This document shows positions 11,341-20,860 of a stretch of 59,211 bases of DNA, piece by piece (within the stretch, counting starts at the first letter, position 1; each line of letters begins with the position of its first letter). The DNA is taken from positions 1 to 59,211 of the forward strand of contig JBHIFI010000003.1 in assembly GCA_046761005.1 (NCBI GenBank), read 5' to 3'. The position numbers and the translations under genes were made by a program. The DNA comes from Thermoplasmata archaeon (GTDB lineage Archaea; Thermoplasmatota; Thermoplasmata; RBG-16-68-12; JAGMCJ01). The notes below the pieces were generated by a model. The model saw nothing but the letters and a program-made list of their open reading frames with translations, was not told where the DNA came from and searched no databases.

Positions 11341-12230
11341 AGATGAGGGACCTTCCAGAGGAGGACTGGTTCGTGAGCGGGCATACTGCATGCCCGGGCT
11401 GTGGTGCGGCGACGATCGCAAAGATAGCCATGAAAGTATTCGGTCCCAAGACGATAACATACTTTCCAGCAAACTGCATGCTTGTCTTCAGTGGCACATA
11501 CCCGCTGAACTCCTTCAAGGTCCCCTATTTTCATGTGCTATTCGAGACCTCCGCCATCTGCGCTGCTGGAGTAAGCAGGGCCCTCAAGAGACTCGGAAAG
11601 GATGATGTGAACGTCGTTGCCTTCGCGGGTGACGGCGGAACCGCCGACATAGGCATACAGGCACTCTCCGGAGCGGCGGAGAGGAACGAGGACATCATAT
11701 ACATCTGCTACGACAATGAAGCTTATATGAACACGGGCATCCAGAGAAGCGGGGCGACCCCCTTCGGTGCCTGGACGACGACAACACCGGTTGGGGACGT
11801 TGGGGCTGGCAAGGAGGAGTATAAGAAGGATATTCCTCGGATTATGATAGCCCACGATGCTCCTTACGTTGCAACCGCCACATTGGGATTCATTCCTGAC
11901 CTTCTCAAGAAGCTGGAGAAGGCGAAGAACAAGAAGGGCATGTTCAGATACCTCCAGATATACTCGCCCTGCCCGCCCGGGTGGAGGATGCACTCCAGCT
12001 TGGGGGCGAAGGTCTCCAAGATGGTCGTTGAAACCGGGCTCTGGACACTCTACGAGTTCGAGGACGGGAAGATGACCATCAACAAGAAACCGAAGATGAT
12101 TTCCGTCGAGGATTACATCAAGCTCCAAGGCAGATTCAGGCACATGACGAAGGAGCAGATGGAAACGCTTCAGAAGTATGCGGAGGAGAAGTGGAGAAAA
12201 GACCAGGCACTTGCAGAGGCTTACAGCTGA
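11337..12230 (+). CDS. porB: Pyruvate:ferredoxin oxidoreductase beta subunit (TPP-binding)
   Basis: GHTACPGCG and GDGGTADIG TPP/cluster motifs. ATGA overlap with the porA stop at 11337-11340; G-rich SD upstream. Confidence 0.9.
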   Translation: MKMRDLPEEDWFVSGHTACPGCGAATIAKIAMKVFGPKTITYFPANCMLVFSGTYPLNSFKVPYFHVLFETSAICAAGVSRALKRLGKDDVNVVAFAGDGGTADIGIQALSGAAERNEDIIYICYDNEAYMNTGIQRSGATPFGAWTTTTPVGDVGAGKEEYKKDIPRIMIAHDAPYVATATLGFIPDLLKKLEKAKNKKGMFRYLQIYSPCPPGWRMHSSLGAKVSKMVVETGLWTLYEFEDGKMTINKKPKMISVEDYIKLQGRFRHMTKEQMETLQKYAEEKWRKDQALAEAYS

Positions 12231-12620
12231 CTATTCTGCGAACTTGGCCCCGCATTTCGGGCACTCTTTGGTGTCTTGGTTCACGAGGGCGTTGCAGTTT
12301 CCGCACTGGAATAAAGCCTCTACTTCTTTGGCTGGTGCCGCAGCAGCTTTCTGCTCCTCTACTTTCTTCTCATATTCTTCCAGCCGCTTCTTGTACTCGC
12401 TCTTGACCATTTCGTTGCCCTCTTCCGTGATGTTGACGACGAATTTGTTCGGACCTGTCCATTCAACCGTGACGAAACCCTCGCTCTCGAGGGATTTTAC
12501 CGCTTCCTCCAGCTCTCTATACCTCACTCCCCTTATGTCGGCAAAGAGGTCCTCTCTGGAGGCCCCGAAGTAACCTCTTTTCGCCGCCGTGTTCAGGACC
12601 CGCCACTGAAAATCATCCAC
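12231..12620 (-). CDS. Hypothetical winged-helix-like protein with coiled coil and C-terminal zinc ribbon
   Basis: N-terminal wHTH-like segment (ELEEAVKSLESEGFVTVEW), charged helix, FQCGNCNALVNQDTKECPKCGAKF. Confidence 0.7.
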   Translation of the reverse strand: MDDFQWRVLNTAAKRGYFGASREDLFADIRGVRYRELEEAVKSLESEGFVTVEWTGPNKFVVNITEEGNEMVKSEYKKRLEEYEKKVEEQKAAAAPAKEVEALFQCGNCNALVNQDTKECPKCGAKFAE

Positions 12621-12656
12621 GGCAAACCACTGTTTTCATCAACGGTGAGACGATAT

Positions 12657-13295
12657 TTATACGTTATTGCCCACGGGCTCCAGCGCCTGTTTCGCCCGTT
12701 CCAGCGTTTCTTCCGGACTTCCGTTTCCATCGATAGAAATGAGAATTCCACTGTATCTCTCAATGAGATGTGCTGTCCTCTCTCTGTAGAGGTCCAATCT
12801 TTTTCTGACGACGGATTCGGTGTCATCCTCTCGGATAATCAGCTTCGAGCCGCAGACATCGCACTTCTCGACGTTCTTCGGCGGGTTGAACATCACGTGA
12901 TATATCGCCCCACAGTTCGTGCAGATCCTCCTTCCAATCGCCCTCCTGAGTATCTCCTCTTCCGTCACATCTATGTAGAGGACAACGTTCACGCCAAAGT
13001 CCTTGTCCAGAGCCTCCGCCTGCCTCACTGTCCTGGGATAACCATCAAGAATGAATCCTCGAACGCAATCTCCTTGAGAAAGCCTCTTCGCCATCATTCT
13101 GATTACTAGATCGTCTGGGACAAGTTTTCCGTCAGCCATGTAGGAGGAGGCGGCTTGGCCAAGCTCTGTCTTTTTGTCTACCTCGGTCCTGAGGATATCG
13201 CCAGTAGAAATATGGGGAATTCCGTAGTCTTTCGCGAGGGCTGAAGCCTGCGTTCCCTTTCCCGAACTTGGCGGGCCTAGAATTACCAACTTCAC
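12657..13295 (-). CDS. adk: Adenylate kinase (long, Zn-lid type)
   Basis: P-loop GPPSSGKGT, GDILR, and a lid with CTNCG...CDVCG (four Cys). Confidence 0.9.
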   Translation of the reverse strand: MKLVILGPPSSGKGTQASALAKDYGIPHISTGDILRTEVDKKTELGQAASSYMADGKLVPDDLVIRMMAKRLSQGDCVRGFILDGYPRTVRQAEALDKDFGVNVVLYIDVTEEEILRRAIGRRICTNCGAIYHVMFNPPKNVEKCDVCGSKLIIREDDTESVVRKRLDLYRERTAHLIERYSGILISIDGNGSPEETLERAKQALEPVGNNV

Positions 13296-13515
13296 GGCAG
13301 AGGAAAATGGTCTTCATACTATATTCTTACCGATTGTTACCGGGGGGTATTCAATCCAAGTACGTGTGGGATGGCTAGATCCCTTGTTGCTATCGTGCAG
13401 GACGAAGGGGTTGCAGACCAGTTAGCGTTCGAAAGATTAATATCGTTCCACGTTATTACAAAGTAACAATACGTGTCAAGGTGCTCCCCATCACCTAAAA
13501 CTGGGGTGGTGGAAA

Positions 13516-13538
13516 GAGGCCGAAGCAATGTCGGCCTC
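13516..13538. terminator. Perfect 8-bp GC-rich hairpin (GAGGCCGA-AGCAATG-TCGGCCTC) with flanking T-run
   Basis: Lies 13 nt downstream of the decarboxylase stop on the minus strand. On the plus strand it is followed by T5 at 13547-13551. The strand of action is unresolved. Confidence 0.35.
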
Positions 13539-13550
13539 CCGCTAGATTTT

Positions 13551-14510
13551 TCAGAAAAGATGGTCAGTGATCTCTTTTGCTGCTCCTCCAACATGACATT
13601 CTATAATCTCTACGCCCAAGTCTTCGATCTCCGCCTTAACTTCCTCCACCCTGTCAGGAAAAGTGTTGACATACACTGTCGCGCCAGTGTCGATGGAGAA
13701 GAAGGCGGGAATCTCCCTCTCTCGCATGTTCCTGACCTTCAGAATCACGCTCATCGTTTCGGGTCTCCAGAGAAGCATCTCCCTCGCCCCTGTCATGGTG
13801 ATTCCGTGAAGCATCAGGGTGTCCTTCTCGGCAAGCTCGCATATCCTTCCAACTTCCCTCTGCCTGATTGCCAGCTCCATTTCATCGAGCATTCTGGGCA
13901 TCTCCGCCAGCCTTGAGTCAAAGAATGGAGAGGATAGCACCTCTCTATGAACGTCCTCCGTTCTCTTGAAGGCGGGAACGAGAGCCACTGCCATGCCCAT
14001 CTGCAGATCCTCGGAGGCTATCTGATAGGAATATGTGTCCTCGTCTCCGACTCCTTTCCTCAGGCGAGAGAAAGCGCCAGTCACGGACCGGGCGGCGGAT
14101 GCAGCTCCCTTCCTTGCTATTCGCGACAAATCCTTGTCAGTGAGTTCAAGACCCAGCGCCTTGCAACTTGCCAGTGCGAGTGCTGCAAAGCCGGACGCGG
14201 ATGCGCCCAGGCCAATGTTCGAGGGGAAGTTATTGAGGGACTTCATCTTGAATTTCAGCTCTTGACCAGACAGTCGAAAGACCGCATCTATAACCTCGGA
14301 AATCCTCTCAAAATCCCTTCCTGTGACACTCTTGTCATCTATCACCGCGCTGTTCTTCTCCCAATCGCTAAATTCGATTGTCGTGTGGGTGGTGAGAGGA
14401 GCCGTGCACACGCTTATGGAATCATGAAAGGGAAGGCGGAGTCTTTCGTCCTCGAGACCGTGATATTTTATCAGCCCCTGAATAGGGTGAGCGATAGCCG
14501 AGGCCTTCAA
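13551..14510 (-). CDS. Mevalonate-phosphate/diphosphate decarboxylase family protein (GHMP fold), probably phosphomevalonate decarboxylase type
   Basis: AHPIQGLIKYHG N-terminus, GHMP motif GLGASASGFAALA, 319 aa. IPK and IDI-2 elsewhere in the window fit an alternative mevalonate route. Confidence 0.8.
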   Translation of the reverse strand: MKASAIAHPIQGLIKYHGLEDERLRLPFHDSISVCTAPLTTHTTIEFSDWEKNSAVIDDKSVTGRDFERISEVIDAVFRLSGQELKFKMKSLNNFPSNIGLGASASGFAALALASCKALGLELTDKDLSRIARKGAASAARSVTGAFSRLRKGVGDEDTYSYQIASEDLQMGMAVALVPAFKRTEDVHREVLSSPFFDSRLAEMPRMLDEMELAIRQREVGRICELAEKDTLMLHGITMTGAREMLLWRPETMSVILKVRNMREREIPAFFSIDTGATVYVNTFPDRVEEVKAEIEDLGVEIIECHVGGAAKEITDHLF

Positions 14511-15265
14511 TCCGCACCCTCCAGTTCTTCAACAACTCTCAACACTTCCTGGACCTTGGATACCACGAAGTCGGGGTGACCTCTGTCTGGATCCCTTCCC
14601 GGAAGCAAGACGAGAATAGTCCTCATTCCTGCTTTTCTGGCCCCAATGATATCATTATCGGAATCATCACCCACATGCATGGCCTCTTCAGGACTGATGT
14701 CCATTTTTTCCAGAGTTTTGAGAAAGATCTCTCTGTTTGGCTTCCTTATTCCAATTTCGTTCGAGAACATCATTACATCGAAATAGCGTGCCAGGTCATA
14801 CTTTCCTAATAGCCCTCTGAAGAAATCTCCGTGAGTCCGGCCCGTGTTGGAGATTATTCCCAGGCTCATTCCTCTATTCTTCAGACTTGTAAAGAGTTCA
14901 CCTGCTCCATCAAATGGAACAGGAGGGACGAGGGAAATGGCGTCGTTGTATGGTCTCAGCAAATCCTCGACAAGAGCCTCATCGACTTGATCTGCAGGGA
15001 TTCCTAGCTCGGAGAGCATGATACCGATCTGCGCCTTTTGGTCGATGTCCACTCCTCTATTCCATATCTGCCAGAGTCTTTCTGTTTGGACGTCGTAAGC
15101 TCTCTCAATACCCTCAAGATGCAAGGGGAGATTATGATTGTGGAAGACTTCCATCATCATTCTTGTCCTCTTCCTCCTGAGAAACCCACTGAAATCCTCC
15201 ACAGGCTCCCTGAGAACAGTATGCCAAAGGTCGAAGGTTATGCCTCTTATCATCCTCTCACTCAT
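14507..15265 (-). CDS. HAD-superfamily hydrolase
   Basis: Motif I ITFDLWHT (DxW/D variant), motif III/IV HVGDDSDNDIIGA. 4-nt overlaps with both neighbours. Confidence 0.8.
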   Translation of the reverse strand: MSERMIRGITFDLWHTVLREPVEDFSGFLRRKRTRMMMEVFHNHNLPLHLEGIERAYDVQTERLWQIWNRGVDIDQKAQIGIMLSELGIPADQVDEALVEDLLRPYNDAISLVPPVPFDGAGELFTSLKNRGMSLGIISNTGRTHGDFFRGLLGKYDLARYFDVMMFSNEIGIRKPNREIFLKTLEKMDISPEEAMHVGDDSDNDIIGARKAGMRTILVLLPGRDPDRGHPDFVVSKVQEVLRVVEELEGAD

Positions 15266-15690
15266 ATGTCCAGAAGTACGAGAGCGTACCCCTTCTCTTC
15301 GTCGATCTCAAGCATGTGGTAGGTCGCAGCCTTCACATCGGATTTCAGTGGATGCCTCTTTCTGTCCATCTTCTCGCCCTTCACCGAGGCCGTAAGCCTG
15401 TGGTTTTCTACGTCAACATGGAATTCGCTGAGAAAAACATCCTGCGTGTCAAAGAGGTAGAGCAACTCCGAGAGCCAGTCTACCATCAAGCTCTCCAGGT
15501 CCGCGGATTCGACCTCAATCCTATATTCTCCGATCCGTTTGACGCTTGAGGTGTCCGTCATGACATTGAACATACCTAGAGCTGCGTTCTCGAATATCTC
15601 GTTCAGATTCTTTCCGTAAGCCCTGACCGCCACATCGGCCGTATGCTCGACTAGCTCGAATGCCGCCTCCTTCTCGCTATCCTCCTTCAT
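15262..15690 (-). CDS. Archease (RtcB tRNA-ligase cofactor family)
   Basis: EHTADVAVRAYG N-terminal motif, KAATYHMLEI near the C-terminus, 142 aa. Confidence 0.85.
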   Translation of the reverse strand: MKEDSEKEAAFELVEHTADVAVRAYGKNLNEIFENAALGMFNVMTDTSSVKRIGEYRIEVESADLESLMVDWLSELLYLFDTQDVFLSEFHVDVENHRLTASVKGEKMDRKRHPLKSDVKAATYHMLEIDEEKGYALVLLDI

Positions 15691-15815
15691 GATTCCCGCT
15701 CACTTGGTGGAACAGAGTATCCGCTATGGGGTTCTTGAGGCTTTCCTTAGGCATCTCATGATAGGCAATCCGTTAGCTTTATTATTGCTGCAAATATGGT
15801 TCTGGCGGGATATTG

Positions 15816-16622
15816 ATGAAGGTCAACATAATTGGCTGCGGATCTATTGGGACGGAGCTCGCAAAAGCATTGGAAGAGACAGAAGGTATCGATGTCATCT
15901 ACATCTCCGACAAAAAGAAGGAGAAGGCCGAAGAACTCCTCAGATCATCAACAAGGATCCGATTTCAGAGAGAGCCAAAAGACGTGATGGAAAAGGTGGA
16001 TATGGTTATCGAGGCGGCCTCTCAGGATGCGGCCCGAACCTACGTCCCAATGGCACTTGAGAAGGGAAAGGACGTTCTTGTGATGAGCGTAGGCGCGCTC
16101 GTCGATGATGAGTTCAGAGCAAAGTGTAGGTTGATTGCAAAGAAGAACAAGTGCAGGGTTTACATCCCCTCGGGGGCTCTAGCAGGCATCGATGGCCTCA
16201 CCGCTGCCGCTTGCGGGAAGATTGAAGAAGTGCTGCTCATCAGCTACAAGCCTCCCCACGCCTTCAAAGGAGTGAAATTCCTGGAGGATAGGCAGGTCGA
16301 TCTCGATTCAATACAAAGGGCAACCATAATATTCGAGGGGCATGCCAGGGATGCGGTTCGATACTTCCCGAGAAACATAAACGTGGCCGCGACTGTGAGC
16401 CTCGCGGGTATTGGATTTGAGAAGACCAAAGTCAGGCTTGTTGCAGATCCGTCCGCGCGAAGGAATACTCACAGACTCATGGTGAAGGGGGACATTGGAG
16501 AGATAGAGGTGAGTTGCAGGAATCTTCCATCTCCCAAGAATCCAAAATCCAGTCTGCTTGCAGCACTCTCTGCGATATCGGCTGTCAAGAAGATAAAGGA
16601 GAACGTCTGGGTGGGGGCCTAG
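15816..16622 (+). CDS. nadX: L-aspartate dehydrogenase
   Basis: Rossmann N-terminus MKVNIIGCGSIG and C-terminal NPKSSLLAALSA. The ATG at 15816 follows the TTG used by the ORF track. Confidence 0.8.
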   Translation: MKVNIIGCGSIGTELAKALEETEGIDVIYISDKKKEKAEELLRSSTRIRFQREPKDVMEKVDMVIEAASQDAARTYVPMALEKGKDVLVMSVGALVDDEFRAKCRLIAKKNKCRVYIPSGALAGIDGLTAAACGKIEEVLLISYKPPHAFKGVKFLEDRQVDLDSIQRATIIFEGHARDAVRYFPRNINVAATVSLAGIGFEKTKVRLVADPSARRNTHRLMVKGDIGEIEVSCRNLPSPKNPKSSLLAALSAISAVKKIKENVWVGA

Positions 16623-17248
16623 ACGCCCTTTTTCTCACCCCATATCAACTTGTGAAGTTGGGGTAGGACCCTCACTCGGAGATCGTCTTGAAGGACTTTC
16701 TCCGCAAGCCATCTGAGATCTTTTCCCCCAACTGGTTGCATCACTATGCTGCACTGCGGTCCATATCTCTCGATTATTGATTTTGCATGCGCGTAGTCCT
16801 CTTCGTCCGCAATGACGAATTTTAGCTGGTCCGATAGTGAGAGAAGCTCGATGTTTGAGAGGTCCATCTTATCATGCATTCCCGAGGAGGGACACTTTAT
16901 GTCCAGACTTACCATGAGATTCTCTGAGCATGGAAGCTCTTCCAAGGAAATCGAACCTCCCGTCTCGATGGATATCATGTAGCCCGCCTCAAGCAGGCGG
17001 GAGATGAGCTTGATGGAATCGTCCTGAGCGAGAGGCTCGCCACCCGTGACGCAGACATAAGGGCATTTGTACCCAGCAACTTCCTCGAGGATTTCCTCGA
17101 TACCTATGGACTTGCCCGTCACCCAGGCGTCCTGCTGGTCGCACCATTTGCACCTGAGCGGACAGCCCGTCAGTCTTACGAAGACGGTCGGCACGCCTAT
17201 CTCTATGCCCTCACCTTGAAGGGATTTGAATATCTCATTGATTATCAT
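16619..17248 (-). CDS. queE: 7-carboxy-7-deazaguanine synthase (radical SAM)
   Basis: FKSLQGEG and the cluster motif CPLRCKWCD. Confidence 0.85.
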   Translation of the reverse strand: MIINEIFKSLQGEGIEIGVPTVFVRLTGCPLRCKWCDQQDAWVTGKSIGIEEILEEVAGYKCPYVCVTGGEPLAQDDSIKLISRLLEAGYMISIETGGSISLEELPCSENLMVSLDIKCPSSGMHDKMDLSNIELLSLSDQLKFVIADEEDYAHAKSIIERYGPQCSIVMQPVGGKDLRWLAEKVLQDDLRVRVLPQLHKLIWGEKKGV

Positions 17249-17287
17249 CTTCCAACGCCCAGGTTCGATATCTCACGATATCGCTGG

Positions 17288-17971
17288 CTATTTCTCATAA
17301 TCCAGCGGGTCCTCCAATCCAGCCTCAGCGAATCCCTTCAGCCTAATCCTGCAGGAGTCGCACTTCCCGCAAGCCTTCTCTCCTCCCTCATAGCAGCTCC
17401 ATGTAAACTCAAATGGAACTCCCAAATCTTTGGCCTTCCTGATTATGTCTGCCTTCCTCATATTTATGAGTGGATGACGAATCTTCACTCCTCTCTTCTC
17501 GATTCCCGCCCTTGTGCCCATATCGGCCGCCTTCTGAAAGGCCTTGTAGAAGCTCGGCCTGCAGTCAGGGTAGCCGCTGTAATCTCTGGCATTTGCGCCT
17601 ATGTAGATACTTCTCGCGCCAATCACCTCTGACCACGCGAGGGCATATCCAAGGAGGATGAGATTCCTTGCTGGAACGTATGTGGATGGTATCTCCCCCT
17701 TCATGGCATCATAATCTCTATACTCAGGTATGGGCTCAGATGGGTCCGTCAGTGAGGAACCGCCAATCTCATCGAGAGTTATCTCCATTATCTTGTGCTC
17801 TTTCACCCCTATATGGTCCGCAATTGTCTTGGCTCTCTCCACTTCCTTGCGATGCCTCTGACCATAGTCAAATGTGAGTGCGTAGACCTCATCGCTCTCC
17901 TGTTTAGCAATGGCGAGAGTGGTTGCCGAATCCAGACCCCCCGAAAGCAAAACTACGGATTTGTTCATCAC
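17288..17971 (-). CDS. queC: 7-cyano-7-deazaguanine (preQ0) synthase
   Basis: PP-loop LLSGGLDS and C-terminal Zn motif CGKCDSC. GTG at 17971 is immediately followed by an ATG at 17968. Confidence 0.9.
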   Translation of the reverse strand: MMNKSVVLLSGGLDSATTLAIAKQESDEVYALTFDYGQRHRKEVERAKTIADHIGVKEHKIMEITLDEIGGSSLTDPSEPIPEYRDYDAMKGEIPSTYVPARNLILLGYALAWSEVIGARSIYIGANARDYSGYPDCRPSFYKAFQKAADMGTRAGIEKRGVKIRHPLINMRKADIIRKAKDLGVPFEFTWSCYEGGEKACGKCDSCRIRLKGFAEAGLEDPLDYEK

Positions 17972-18224
17972 AACTGTAAATTCAATCGTTGACTATTAAT
18001 CTTTCTTCACCGACCTTTTGTCCAGCTGGATGATAAAAGGTCCTCCTCATTAAAGAAACGCGTGGAATCATTCAGTCGGTGAGGAATTCTGGTGTGCATC
18101 TTCCCGCCTGCACATTTGCTTGTCAAGAATCCACGAAGGAGTCATTCTGGATTCTCTCAAACTTCTGAACTCCTCCCGCCAGAGTAAGAGAGCTCCGTAT
18201 AGCCATTTCTATCAGCCACTTGCC

Positions 18225-18704
18225 TCAGGCAGATCTCTTAGTGACCGATGCCCAGGCGCCCTGCCCTGGGCCCTCATCCACTCCAACGCTAATGCTGCTG
18301 ACATTCTCAGGAATACCAATCTCGTCGGTCAGCTTTCTTAATACATAATCCGCAAGATTCTCCGCGCTGACCGCCCCTATGTCAAGGATTCTGACATCCT
18401 CTGAGGGAAAATGATAGCTCTTTTCCCCAACACTGATGCTGATTGTGCTCCCCTTCTTTATTTTCATCAGAGGACTCTTGCCCGGAAGAAGGACCCTGTG
18501 ATCCAGCTCCTCAACTATTTTCCTCATCGCTTTCTTGAGAAGTATGAAATCCATAATCATTCCAGAGGAATCCACCTCTCCCTCGAGTAGTAGATGAACA
18601 GCATAATCGTGCCCATGAAGCTTATCGCATTTCTCATGAGTGGGAACGAAATGGGATGCGGAGAATCTTATTCGGGATTTCCATCCATCAATCCTCAGTT
18701 CCAT
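18225..18704 (-). CDS. queD: 6-carboxytetrahydropterin synthase (PTPS family)
   Basis: FSASHF..HEKCDKLHGHDY motif with Zn-binding His residues. Confidence 0.85.
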   Translation of the reverse strand: MELRIDGWKSRIRFSASHFVPTHEKCDKLHGHDYAVHLLLEGEVDSSGMIMDFILLKKAMRKIVEELDHRVLLPGKSPLMKIKKGSTISISVGEKSYHFPSEDVRILDIGAVSAENLADYVLRKLTDEIGIPENVSSISVGVDEGPGQGAWASVTKRSA

Positions 18705-18718
18705 GGCTTCACTATCTC

Positions 18719-19717
18719 TCAGACACTATTAAAGCTATCAGTTTCAAGAATCTCGTCGAGACTGTAATCCTTCCATTCCTGCTCCTCGAGGAGGATCCTA
18801 AGCTCTATCGGTGTTAGGATGGGCTTGTCGAACCTGGCCTGATCGTCGATCGCTATCCTTGGGCAAGCGGTAGATACGAAGGCATCGACTGTGAGTCCTA
18901 TGAGATTCTCAGGAGTAACATAGTCAATCAATATTGTGACGGACTTCTTGCCCTTCTTGTCGAGGAGCTTCTCTATCGAGCTGGCAAGTTTGAACCTCTC
19001 CTGACCGATCTTTCTTGAGATGATTATCCCGAAGATGTCCGCCGATTTGGCTTTCTCCATGACCGCGAATCTCAATCGCTTCATCTCGTCGACTACATCC
19101 TCCACATCTCGCACTTCATTCTTCTCTGGATCGAGAACGACAATCCTCTTTCCAGTTGCGAGGGCAACACCGATCGGATGGAAGTCCCCGCCACCGATAT
19201 AGAGGAACATGTCCACATCGTCAGCTATCGACCTTGCGGAGGAGAAGTTGCATCCGAGAACCTGGCCAGGATAGGATATTCTCAAGTCGCCTTCCCCAAT
19301 CCTCCCCACTAGACCCTTCGAAGCAAGAAACTGCTTCACCAGTAGGAGCTCCGGGATATATTGCACGCTGGAAATGAGACCCACCTTTCCTTCCAAGAAT
19401 GGAACTGCCCTCTCGAGGAGATCTGTCTCGGGGAACTCTGACTGCAGCTCCATGTAAACAACATTCTTGGATTCGATGTGGGGAAGCGGCGCGTGACCGA
19501 GATGGAAAATTAGATCCACAGGAGCGTCGGCAACATCACATGCACCGTAGCAGGGATCGCCCCACAGATAGATTTCAACATTCGTCCTCTCCTGGAGCTC
19601 GAAAGCGATATCGACTATCTTCCTTCTCAGGCCGTCGGGAAACTGAATTGCAACGCTCTTAGCTTTTAGGCGGGAAATCTCATCCGCCATCTTCTGGATT
19701 TCCCAGTCTCCGATCAT
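18719..19717 (-). CDS. dph2: Diphthamide synthesis protein Dph2 (2-(3-amino-3-carboxypropyl)histidine synthase)
   Basis: VAIQFPDGL, GDPCYGACD and three-domain repeat organisation; 332 aa. Confidence 0.85.
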   Translation of the reverse strand: MIGDWEIQKMADEISRLKAKSVAIQFPDGLRRKIVDIAFELQERTNVEIYLWGDPCYGACDVADAPVDLIFHLGHAPLPHIESKNVVYMELQSEFPETDLLERAVPFLEGKVGLISSVQYIPELLLVKQFLASKGLVGRIGEGDLRISYPGQVLGCNFSSARSIADDVDMFLYIGGGDFHPIGVALATGKRIVVLDPEKNEVRDVEDVVDEMKRLRFAVMEKAKSADIFGIIISRKIGQERFKLASSIEKLLDKKGKKSVTILIDYVTPENLIGLTVDAFVSTACPRIAIDDQARFDKPILTPIELRILLEEQEWKDYSLDEILETDSFNSV

Positions 19718-20856
19718 ATCTCACCCACTTCTCTGCACTCGCTAGTCATGTCCTCGATGAAAAGGTCGAGCGCTTCATCAGTCACGTGCGGCATAATGAC
19801 CAGCCTCAGAGCCTCCGGATGTTTAGTCAGAGAGAGATGCCATCCCCTTCTCTCCAAGTGCTCCTTCACAGCCACAGGGTCCTTGAGCCTTACCGCCAAA
19901 ATGTTCGTAACAGGTTCCGTGACGAGACTCAAACCCATGTCCCCGATGGCTCTCGCGAGCATCCTCGTTCTCCTCGTGCACTCCTCGATGTTCTTTCTAT
20001 ATCCCTCCCTTCCCATGGAGAGAATCGTCGCGTACAGAGAGGCGACCCCTGCGCTTGCTCTCGTGCCCAGAACTGTCGTCTGGAATACGCTTGTGAGATA
20101 AGGAGATTCGAATGCTATACTTTGAAGATCCTCCTCCTTTCTGAAGAGGAATACGCTGGATGGAATGGTGGACATCCCCATTTTGTGACCGTCTGCATTC
20201 ATGGAGCTCAAACCATTGTTCCTGAAATCGAACACGGGGATGTTCTCATCATCCAGAAATGGAAGAATGAAACCGCCCCATGCTGCATCAACATGGAGCC
20301 AGGCCCTGTCTTCGCAGAGACGAGAAAGCTTGTCTATGGGGTCGACGAGGCCAAGCTCTGTCGTACCCGCAGTTGCGACGACCGCAGCCGTGTCCTCCCC
20401 GATATGTCTCTCTGCCGCATCGATGTCTATCAGGTAGTTCAAGTCCAGAGGAACTTCTCTTGGAATCATCCTCAGGATGTCGCACGCCTTCTTGATCGAG
20501 AAGTGAGCGCTACGTCCGAATACAACTTCCTTCTTTCCTGTGAGATTTCGCGCAATCCAAAGAGCCATGAGGTTCGCCTCCGTTCCACCCTCAAGAACGC
20601 GACCCGTTAAGCCCTTCCCATTTAGAAGGTCGGCCATCATCTCTATGGTCTTCTCTTCCAGCCTCTTCGTTCCAGGATAGAGACCGGGGTTTCCAAGATT
20701 GCTCTCAATGAACATGCCATGCGTATCAATCGCCACATCCATGGGCTGGGTGCACATGGATCCGAGTATCTTCCCATCCTCAAAATGGAAATCATCGGAG
20801 AGAGCCTTCTCCACTTCTGCTATCACATCATCGTACTCCATTCCCTTTTGCAGCAT
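19714..20856 (-). CDS. mfnA: PLP-dependent tyrosine/aspartate decarboxylase (MfnA type)
   Basis: GSMCTQP, NLGNPGLYPGT and the PLP-lysine motif DGHKMG. Start set to the ATG at 20856, 4 nt downstream of the upstream gene's stop at 20861. Confidence 0.85.
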   Translation of the reverse strand: MLQKGMEYDDVIAEVEKALSDDFHFEDGKILGSMCTQPMDVAIDTHGMFIESNLGNPGLYPGTKRLEEKTIEMMADLLNGKGLTGRVLEGGTEANLMALWIARNLTGKKEVVFGRSAHFSIKKACDILRMIPREVPLDLNYLIDIDAAERHIGEDTAAVVATAGTTELGLVDPIDKLSRLCEDRAWLHVDAAWGGFILPFLDDENIPVFDFRNNGLSSMNADGHKMGMSTIPSSVFLFRKEEDLQSIAFESPYLTSVFQTTVLGTRASAGVASLYATILSMGREGYRKNIEECTRRTRMLARAIGDMGLSLVTEPVTNILAVRLKDPVAVKEHLERRGWHLSLTKHPEALRLVIMPHVTDEALDLFIEDMTSECREVGEI

Positions 20857-20860
20857 ACAA

